From Calditrichia bacterium (GTDB lineage: Bacteria; Calditrichota; Calditrichia; JAJRVZ01), in contig CAWCNS010000005.1 in assembly GCA_963796965.1 (NCBI GenBank), positions 1,088,001 through 1,152,000 on the forward strand: DNA of 64,000 nt. The letters run 5' to 3'. The translations under genes were made by a program, and so were the position numbers. A model generated the notes under the pieces. The model was given only the letters and a program-made list of their open reading frames with translations. It was not told the DNA's origin and did not search any database. Below are positions 26,201-34,035 of this stretch, piece after piece; the first letter of the stretch is position 1, and every line of letters begins with the position of its first letter.

Positions 26201-26792
26201 TTCCCTCCGGTTGTATGGGTGTGGAGGCATCAGTTAAAGCGGCAACAATTTCAAGATCATCTGTTAATTTACCCGACAATTGCAGGTTAAGTCCTGAATT
26301 CAGGGTCATATCCTTGTTACTACCAACATTAACACCCCGAACAATACTACCACTGCGTTTTAATCCTCCACCTACACCGGCAAATGGATTTTCAAAAACC
26401 GGTGTAACAATGGCTATACTATCTGAACTATCGGCAACAGTGGCAAGGGTGTCTAATTGAAAATACATATATTGCTGACGTAGAAGAACCGGTAGAATCT
26501 GATACGCGATTTTTATCGTATCCAGTGGATTTATATCAATAAAAAAAGTGAGCGAGTTATCAGGCTTTTGATAGCGGTATTCAAGTAAAAATTCAAGTTG
26601 TCGTTTGTTTAGGAAAACCCGGATAGATTGATCTATAATTCTATGATTTTTGGGAAACTCAAAATTCTTGGTCTTCTCTTCGGCCACAAAGACAGTATCC
26701 ACCTGCCAGGGATGATAGGCGTATTTATCCTGTGATAGACTCTGACTGATTAAAAGGAATAAGAGGATTAAAGGTAGAAATCGAAAGAACAA
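23289..26792 (-). CDS. very large secreted protein, putative outer-membrane beta-barrel of unknown function
   Basis: 1167 aa, signal peptide, long alternating amphipathic strands, terminal EIRAYF beta-signal. Confidence 0.7.
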   Translation of the reverse strand: [1167 protein letters not shown]

Positions 26793-26799
26793 CGCTTAA

Positions 26800-27727
26800 C
26801 TACTCCTTTGGAGTGACCGCAACTCTTTCTGCAATAATAATTTCATCACCATCAATTATATAGAATCGCGTCTGTTTTCCTGTCTGGTGAATGGCCAAAT
26901 CAACCGGATCTGCAAAGGGAACACCTGAAACATGATGGAATTGGTTTAAAATCTTTCCAGCAGGTGTAAATTCAAAGATACTTTTGCTTTCAGGATCTGC
27001 CACATATATCCGGTTATTTCTATCCAAAGCAAGCCCCTTTGGATATTTAAAATCGGGATGCTCAATCCGGAACAAAAAATTACCAAAATAATCATATACA
27101 TTTAGTGCTTCTGCCTCAGCATCTGAAACTATTACTCGATGATCTGTTGAAAGTTCCAGTTGCTTCGGCCCGGTTAATTCACCCTGTCCGGAATCATAAA
27201 ATCCAAACAATGCCTCACCCTGGTCCTGATTATTGTATTTGATAACTTTATTCTCGCCCGCATCTAAAAGAAACAGATCGCCTTGCGAAGAATAGGCAAC
27301 ACTAAGTACTTGCAAAAACTGAAAATCTTCCCGTCCACCGGAACTAGATTTTCTTTTCACCAATAAAGTTCATATCCTTATCAAATCTTTGTACCCGTTG
27401 ATTATTATAATCGGCAATATAGATATTGATGGTTGAACGGGCCCAAATATCCATAGGCTGGTCAAACTTTTCTACAGCCCAGCCAAAACCACCCACATTT
27501 ATCCGAAACCTTCCCATCAAATCATAAATCTGTATCCGCTGATTGCCGGTATCGCAAATAAAAACCCGGCCATCGCCAGATATATCGAGTGCAGAGGGAT
27601 CAGAAAAATTCCCGGGCGCGTTTCCTGTGCCGCCAAACCTGCCCAATTCAACTAAATTCGGTTGCGCCCAACATAAAGACATAGCACAAATAAGAAAAGG
27701 TAATATTTTGATCATTAGTTTGCCCAC
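26800..27727 (-). CDS. secreted NHL-repeat beta-propeller protein (frameshift near 27355)
   Basis: Signal peptide plus NHL repeats (FSDPSALDI..GRVFICDTGNQRIQ; PKGLALDRNNRIYVAD). Confidence 0.85.
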
Positions 27728-27743
27728 TATTTATACTTGTTTC

Positions 27744-27958
27744 AAATTCTAATATCTAATCTCTAAATTCTAAACAAATTTAGAATCCGAACTCTCCCGA
27801 TAAAAAGTATCGTCCTCCCCCGTTTAACGGGGTCTTCGACAACCAATTGATCGGGACTAAATCTTCCAAGATTTAGCAAATTCCAAAATTCTGTATCCGG
27901 AATCGGTTATCCCATATCTCAAATCCCATATCCCGTATCTCATATCCGGATACTGGGA
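27744..27958. repeat. composite intergenic repeat: heptamer arrays enclosing nested palindromes
   Basis: aattcta/atatcta/atctcta-type and tatccca/tatctca-type 7-mers flanking tcccgat(27795)...atcggga(27856), with inner ccccgtt-t-aacgggg (27818-27832). Confidence 0.65.
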
Positions 27959-28729
27959 TCAATCATCAAACACTTTCTTCACATCCGCAATACTATCTAT
28001 CACACGCCAGGGTCTAATATCTGCTTTATCCAAATCAGTATCTGAATATTTTCCGGTCTTGACCAGAACACCGCGAATACCCATCCGGTTTGCACCAATT
28101 ATATCAGATTCGATGTCATCACCTATCATAACGACCTGATCGGCAGATAAGTTCAGATCATTTAGGGCAAGAGCAAAAAAGTGAGGTGATGGTTTTCCGA
28201 CTATCTGACTTTTTTTTCCGGAGGCAAATTCAAGCATTGCAACGATTGCCCCAGCATCCATCGTATATCCCTTATCCGATATCCAATAGCGGTTTTTTTG
28301 CAGGGCAATCAACTCCGCGCCATCGAATAGCATTTGAAATGCCCGGTTCATTGATTCAAAATTGAGTTTATGGCCCAAATCACCCACGATAATAAAATCA
28401 GGATTCTCAGAATCAATGGTCAATCCATCAAATTCATTCTTGGCATCATCAGCCAGAAGCAAATGACATTTGTCCTTTCCTGATTTTTTCACATAAAGCA
28501 CTGCCGCATATACAGCGCTAAAGATATGCATTGGATCGACATTTATATTAAACGAACTCAGTTTTGTTTTTAGGGTTTCACGACTTTTCATAGTTGTATT
28601 GGTAAGGAAACGAATAGGGATATCTTGCTTCTGTAGCCAGGTAACAGATTCTGCTGCACCTTCAATCGGGACAGAATCATTAAATATTACCCCATCCAGA
28701 TCTATTAAAAGGCCTCTTATATCACTCAT
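27959..28729 (-). CDS. HAD-IIA hydrolase (LHPP/NagD-like)
   Basis: DLDGV, TNTT, GKPS, MIGDDIESDI, VKTGKY. Confidence 0.92.
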   Translation of the reverse strand: MSDIRGLLIDLDGVIFNDSVPIEGAAESVTWLQKQDIPIRFLTNTTMKSRETLKTKLSSFNINVDPMHIFSAVYAAVLYVKKSGKDKCHLLLADDAKNEFDGLTIDSENPDFIIVGDLGHKLNFESMNRAFQMLFDGAELIALQKNRYWISDKGYTMDAGAIVAMLEFASGKKSQIVGKPSPHFFALALNDLNLSADQVVMIGDDIESDIIGANRMGIRGVLVKTGKYSDTDLDKADIRPWRVIDSIADVKKVFDD

Positions 28730-28861
28730 TATTGTCCCAACACTTATCCATTATAAATATTTCATTTGCCACCAATACACAAAGGCACAAAGTACAAAAA
28801 AAGCAAAGATATGCTATAATATTTAATATATATTTAAAATTAATAATTATTTTTAATGGCT

Positions 28862-29989
28862 TTATTGCTTTGTTGCGATGCTCTCCTGCTCTGATTCTAA
28901 ATATCTGAAAAGATTATTTATATTTTTCCGCGTTGGAGAAAAATCATTTGGAAAACCGTCATATGTTTTTGCCTGCGCTACGGCATCACTTAAGCTAATT
29001 CCAATTTGTCTGGCTGAATAACACCAACCGTTATCCATAAAGTAGCGAGCGAGGTATTCCTGTTCAATCTGACCTGGCGTTGGGACAAATAACCCCTTTT
29101 TTCCTAATTCTACCATCTCCATCATAGTCGTATAGCCCGGTCTGGCGATGATAAATTTTGATGCGCTCATACAGGCGACTATCTCTTCTCTACTCAAATA
29201 AGAATAGAATATGGCACCACCAATGCGGATTTTATAATCTTTTTCTGGCGTTCCTAATGCGCCAATAATTCTGCCTTCCAGGTTAGCGATCTGTTCGAAA
29301 ATAATTTGTTCAAAAATCGTTCTCTGCGGTTCAGGGCCACTGATAATGACAAAATAATCTAAAGGTTTTGATGGTCCTTTCTTCTGTAATGACAAATCTG
29401 TAATGATCCCGGTATAATTTAACTTCTTTTTCGGAATATACCTCAAATTATGTGACAGTTCTCCACTCAAAGATCCTGCTCCTTGTCTATCCGGAACAAG
29501 TATTCTGTGATAGTTTTTAAAAATCACATAATTAAAATATTCAGGCAGCCATTCCATCCTTCCTATCGGCCAGGGAAGTTTATAACGCAATTGATGGGAT
29601 ATCAGGAAACACGCTTCATTTTTTAAAGCCATACCAAAGCGATTATCACTAATAATAATAGAGAATTGATATTGGGCCTGAAGTTTTTTTAATACTCTTT
29701 TTTCCTTGACCATCGTCAGGAGCATCTGCGGAAATGTGATGAGCATGAAACGGGTGACAAAGAATCGGGATTTGGAATACTTTATGGGATATTCTGGAAA
29801 ATCAATAAAAATGCAATCAGGAACTTCTTTTAGTAACAACTCCTTGGAACGCCCAACCGCACCAATATAAACAGTATAATCACGCTCTAAAAACATCCTG
29901 ATAAGTGGTAATAACCGCGTTGCATGGCCCAATCCCCAATTGAGAGGTGCAATAAAGACTTTTTTTATTTTGATGTCTGATTCGTTCAT
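28862..29989 (-). CDS. GT-B glycosyltransferase (family 28 C-terminal-like)
   Basis: PLNWGLGHATR, IISDNRFG, SGPEPQR, RPGYTTMME, PTPGQIEQEYLA. Confidence 0.85.
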   Translation of the reverse strand: MNESDIKIKKVFIAPLNWGLGHATRLLPLIRMFLERDYTVYIGAVGRSKELLLKEVPDCIFIDFPEYPIKYSKSRFFVTRFMLITFPQMLLTMVKEKRVLKKLQAQYQFSIIISDNRFGMALKNEACFLISHQLRYKLPWPIGRMEWLPEYFNYVIFKNYHRILVPDRQGAGSLSGELSHNLRYIPKKKLNYTGIITDLSLQKKGPSKPLDYFVIISGPEPQRTIFEQIIFEQIANLEGRIIGALGTPEKDYKIRIGGAIFYSYLSREEIVACMSASKFIIARPGYTTMMEMVELGKKGLFVPTPGQIEQEYLARYFMDNGWCYSARQIGISLSDAVAQAKTYDGFPNDFSPTRKNINNLFRYLESEQESIATKQ

Positions 29990-30071
29990 AGAATATCGCA
30001 TAAAATATTTTCTCACAAATTCGCAGACTTTTTAAGAGTTAAAACAAAAGAGAAAGAAATTTTATTCAATA

Positions 30072-30120
30072 ACCTCCCCCTAATCCCCCTCCTTACTAAG
30101 GAGGGGGAAAGAGGGGGTGG
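30072..30120. repeat. GC-rich palindromic element
   Basis: Perfect 11-bp stem tccccctcctt-act-aaggaggggga (30084-30108) with outer ccccc/ggggg arms; no U-tract directly 3' in the transcribed direction. Confidence 0.7.
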
Positions 30121-30171
30121 TGATTTTACATTTCTCCTCTCCATGTCTTGGCGGCTTTGCGAGAGAAAGAT

Positions 30172-30717
30172 TTAAAATATAGCAGTACAAATCAAAGTAG
30201 CAGCGATCAAGCCGGCTGCGTCTGCCATAAGACCTGCGGGTAGGGCATACCTCGTCTTTTGAATATTAACGGCTCCAAAATAAACCGCGACGACATAAAA
30301 GGTCGTTTCTGTGCTCCCAAACATCGTTGATGACATGAATCCTATAAGGGAATCAGCACCGTGCGTTTTTAATAACTCTGTCATCACACCAAGGGAACCA
30401 CTTCCGGAGAGAGGACGCATTAATGCCATTGGCAATACTTCGCTGGGCATCCCAATTAGTTCGGTTATCGGCTTTAAAGCATAGGTGAGAAGATCGAGTG
30501 CCCCACTGGCACGGAACATAGCAATGGCAACAAGCATCGCGACCAGATAGGGTATAATCTTGATAGCAATACTAAATCCTTCTTTTGCTCCCTCTACAAA
30601 TTGCTCATACACTTTTACTTTTTTATAATACCCCATTCCTAAAAATACAAGAAGGATTATGGGGATAACCGCGATTGATGCCCAGTCTAAAGTTAGTTTA
30701 AATAATTCCATTTCCAT
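30172..30717 (-). CDS. spmB: SpmB-like nucleoside-recognition (Gate) membrane protein
   Basis: FVEGAKEG, RPLSGSGS, GSTETTFYV; the ORF-track N-extension is just a translated repeat. Confidence 0.88.
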   Translation of the reverse strand: MEMELFKLTLDWASIAVIPIILLVFLGMGYYKKVKVYEQFVEGAKEGFSIAIKIIPYLVAMLVAIAMFRASGALDLLTYALKPITELIGMPSEVLPMALMRPLSGSGSLGVMTELLKTHGADSLIGFMSSTMFGSTETTFYVVAVYFGAVNIQKTRYALPAGLMADAAGLIAATLICTAIF

Positions 30718-30736
30718 GTCCTCTTTTATTTTCTTT

Positions 30737-30773
30737 ACCGCAAAGACGCAATGAAGGCGCAAGGCTCGCAAGG
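30737..30773. repeat. orphan arm of the CGCAAAGA repeat family
   Basis: accgcaaagacgcaatgaaggcgcaaggctcgcaagg, nearly identical to the arms at 50088 and 50672. Confidence 0.8.
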
Positions 30774-30865
30774 ATACGAAAGCAAAGCGCTTATCGCATG
30801 GAGCATAGCGTGTAAGAATTATATGGACGCCATGCACTCTGCTCTCTGCTTATAGAAGCAACTCA

Positions 30866-31534
30866 TTATTCAGTACTTTTTTTACGTTTCCGATTAAACG
30901 CCTGGATTAACTTTACAGTTGTCAGCCCGACAATAGTCGCACAGGTTGCTGCCAGAACAGAAGGGATTATGATCATCTGTGGATTTGATGACCCGAGAGA
31001 AGCCCGGATAGCAATCGCTGTGGCCGGAATTAATGTGATGGCACTGGTATTGATGACCAGGAAAGTACACATATCATCAGTAGCTTCTCCCTTATTAGGA
31101 TTAAGTTTATCCAATTCCTCCATCGCCTTCAGACCAAGTGGTGTGGCAGCATTGCTTAATCCCAGCATATTTGCGGCGATGTTCATGATCATCGCTCCAA
31201 TCGCAGGATGATCTTCCGGTATCTTTGGAAATAACCAACGCGTAATCGGTCGGACCATACGGGCAATAACTTTTGTCAGACCCGCTTCTTCTGCGACCTT
31301 CATTACCCCCAACCACAGGGCCATAATGCCAATCAGCCCAAGGGCAATCTCAACAGCAGTAGTAGCACCTTCAAGAGCGGCGGTCGTCACCCGTCCAAGT
31401 TTAGTTTCTTCATTCAAATTTCGTTCTTGTGAAGTTGCAGGGGATGCCGGTGCAAATAGTTCATCATAGATATCATTTCCAGCGGCAATAATAATGGCTA
31501 GCGCAATCATCGCAAACCAGATGTGGTTAAGCAT
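30866..31534 (-). CDS. spmA: SpmA-like nucleoside-recognition (Gate) membrane protein
   Basis: MALWLGVMKVAE, NIAANMLGLSNAATPLGLKAM, FLVINT. Confidence 0.9.
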   Translation of the reverse strand: MLNHIWFAMIALAIIIAAGNDIYDELFAPASPATSQERNLNEETKLGRVTTAALEGATTAVEIALGLIGIMALWLGVMKVAEEAGLTKVIARMVRPITRWLFPKIPEDHPAIGAMIMNIAANMLGLSNAATPLGLKAMEELDKLNPNKGEATDDMCTFLVINTSAITLIPATAIAIRASLGSSNPQMIIIPSVLAATCATIVGLTTVKLIQAFNRKRKKSTE

Positions 31535-31596
31535 ACATCCTCCTTAGTTAGAGATATTCCGGGTATTTTTTTCTATCTGCGCGAGGTGTTTTTTTA

Positions 31597-31961
31597 AACG
31601 CAAAGCACGCAGAGAACAGACTTTTTTTATTTATTTAATCCCAATACGTATAGATCTATTGTTTAAAAGTTATATTCAGTATATGCGAGATCTAATACCT
31701 TTAAATATTCTTCGTGAACTTTGTGTTTTCTTTGTGTGCTTTGTGTTTATCTTTTTCTCTCGCAGCGACGCAGCGATATTTTAAGATTAAAAATAAAAGA
31801 TTAAAGATGCATCAATAAATTATGACTATCAGTATAATCCCTGACTCTGAAAAAGCCAAAAGAAAAACTTTGTGATCTTAGTGCCTACTTTGTGAACTTT
31901 GTGGTAGTCTTTTTAAATTTGACCCCGTAAAACGGGGCGCTCGTTACGTCGCCGCGAGAGA
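31597..31961. repeat. cluster of gene-less inverted-repeat elements (CGCAGCGA and CACAAAG families)
   Basis: tctctcgcagcgacgcagcga (31756-31776) vs tcgttacgtcgccgcgagaga (31941-31961): 18/21 inverted match; ctttgtg arrays near 31712-31748 and 31868-31905; ccccgtaaaacgggg at 31923-31937. Confidence 0.75.
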
Positions 31962-31974
31962 TAGATAATTATAA

Positions 31975-33870
31975 TTAAAAAGCAAAATATAATCCAAAGT
32001 GAAACGCATCGCGCTGACGGTCAGAAGAATCTGGATTTAGTTTAATGCCATAGTCAAATCGGATAGGACCGACGGGGGTTAAAATAGCAACCCCCAATCC
32101 GGTTGTTGCTTTAATCTCCTTCACCTGAAAATCCCCAACCTCCTGCCAAACGTTTCCCATATCAAAGAAGATTTCACCTACAAACAACCAGAACAGGGGA
32201 ACACGCAACTCGGCATTAGCAAGAAGCAGCAATTTACCACCCGTGGCCTGTTCTTTATAGCCCTTATCATCAAGAATAGCCGGGCCTAATAACTGTTCAG
32301 CATAACCTCGTACGGTGGTAGCACCCCCGGCAAAAAACAGATCAGAAATGGGAATTTCTTTTGTCGGTCCTAATTCAATTATCGTACCACCTCGGAGACG
32401 TGTTGCCAAGGTGATTGGATCCCTTCTTTTAAAAATATTCCAGCGCAACGGCTGAAATCGTCTCCATCCGGAAATTAAGGTAATATAGGTTTTATAATCT
32501 TTTTGATCATTTTCATCTTTACCAATAGAGTATGAAAAAGCGACACTCAAATCAGTAAATGCACCATCTGTAGGACTAAAAAAATTATTTCGGGTATCCC
32601 TCTTTCCATAGATTGTAGCAGAATAGACCTGATCCCGGCTTGCATCCTCAAGAAGGGTGGAATCTATCGCACCTTCCTCTAAAGTTGTTACGAGTTTTGC
32701 CTCTAACGATCCGCGAAGATCCAGAATATCGCTTATCTCTCTGCTCACACCAAAATTAAAACGAAGTAAATTAAAATCCGCACTGTTCTGAGGGCGGTAA
32801 AGATGATAGGATGCCATAAATACACCAGGGGTTCTGGTGTATCCTATCCATGGTTCAACAAAAACAAAGGTGATATGATTATCCGGATTGATAATCGACT
32901 TGGAATTAACATCATAGGCAATCGAAGGGACAACATAAAGACTGATACTCCTCCCCGTACCCCATAAATTACGATGTCCGCCCTCCAGAGAGAGTTCAAG
33001 TTTATTGCCATAAGATTCTTCATTTTCAGAAGTAAATCCAATACTGGCTCCCAACCACCAGACATCCTTCTCCTGGATCTGTATCTGTAAGATTGCTTCA
33101 GAGGAATCTTCCGCTGTTGGTTTAAGTTCAAATCTAATATACTCAAACAGACCAGTGCGATAGAGATTTCTTTGTGACTTGGTAATCTTTTCCCGGTCAT
33201 AAACCTCACCTTTTTTGATCTCCAATTCTCGCCGGACAATAAACTCCTGAACACCCTTCAGACCAAGATACGCCATTTCTTTAATGGTAACTGTTTGATT
33301 TTCTTCGATGTCGCATGTGATCACCACCATGGAATCCTGTTCAAATTGGTAGTCGAGAGCTATGGACACAAAGGGTTTACCGTTGTTATAGTAAGCATTT
33401 TCTATCGCCACACGTGCATCTTTCACGGCCCCTTCATTAAAGGGCATCCCCCTTTGTAACTCGCTGAACATATTCAGTAGTTTTGATTTATTAAAGATAT
33501 TATTTCCGGTTAGATCAACCCTCTCAAAATAATAGCGTTGTCCTTCAATAATTTCGTAAAGGATTATAACATTGCGGGATTTGTTATCGATAGTAAGGCT
33601 GTCAAAGACCAGAACAGTAAGAAATCCATTTTGACGATAATAATTAGTTAACAGAATTTTATCCAATTTTACCAGGCGTGCATCAAATTCGTCACCTTCT
33701 TCAGAATGAATCAGATCGATTAATTCATCTTCAGGTATGCCTGAGCCACCCATGAATTTAATTTCTGTCGTTTCATAATTTTGACCAAAGAGATTATTCG
33801 CAGCCAACAATAAGATAGTCAGCAACAATAAGAGTTGGATTAATGGTTTGTATTCTAAATTTGTTATCAT
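31975..33870 (-). CDS. Omp85 family outer membrane protein (TamA-like), three POTRA domains
   Basis: POTRA repeats, NLWGTGR, RDTRNN, FAGGATTVRGY, TPVGPIRFDYG, terminal YFAF; directly downstream of tamB. Confidence 0.9.
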   Translation of the reverse strand: MITNLEYKPLIQLLLLLTILLLAANNLFGQNYETTEIKFMGGSGIPEDELIDLIHSEEGDEFDARLVKLDKILLTNYYRQNGFLTVLVFDSLTIDNKSRNVIILYEIIEGQRYYFERVDLTGNNIFNKSKLLNMFSELQRGMPFNEGAVKDARVAIENAYYNNGKPFVSIALDYQFEQDSMVVITCDIEENQTVTIKEMAYLGLKGVQEFIVRRELEIKKGEVYDREKITKSQRNLYRTGLFEYIRFELKPTAEDSSEAILQIQIQEKDVWWLGASIGFTSENEESYGNKLELSLEGGHRNLWGTGRSISLYVVPSIAYDVNSKSIINPDNHITFVFVEPWIGYTRTPGVFMASYHLYRPQNSADFNLLRFNFGVSREISDILDLRGSLEAKLVTTLEEGAIDSTLLEDASRDQVYSATIYGKRDTRNNFFSPTDGAFTDLSVAFSYSIGKDENDQKDYKTYITLISGWRRFQPLRWNIFKRRDPITLATRLRGGTIIELGPTKEIPISDLFFAGGATTVRGYAEQLLGPAILDDKGYKEQATGGKLLLLANAELRVPLFWLFVGEIFFDMGNVWQEVGDFQVKEIKATTGLGVAILTPVGPIRFDYGIKLNPDSSDRQRDAFHFGLYFAF

Positions 33871-33897
33871 ATCTTACGATTACGGTAAAAATTATTT

Positions 33898-33995
33898 GTC
33901 CATGAATTACACTAATAAACTCGAATTTCTAAAAATTAATTTTTATACTGATAACCAAATTTTCTAATTCTTGAAAATTCGTGTAATTCTTGGCC
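33898..33995. repeat. gene-less inverted-repeat element, CACGAAT family
   Basis: gtccatgaattacactaat (33898-33916) vs attcgtgtaattcttggcc (33977-33995): 16/19 inverted match. Confidence 0.7.
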
Positions 33996-34035
33996 AAAGT
34001 CTTTTCTATTTGCCGCCATGAGTGGTGCTACTTAT

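Noticed and set aside
30718..30837. ORF-track N-terminal extensions of spmB (also comM 52239-52274 and GxxExxY 50597-50788)
   Set aside because: They are translations of repeat arms or neighbouring genes; family homology starts at downstream ATGs
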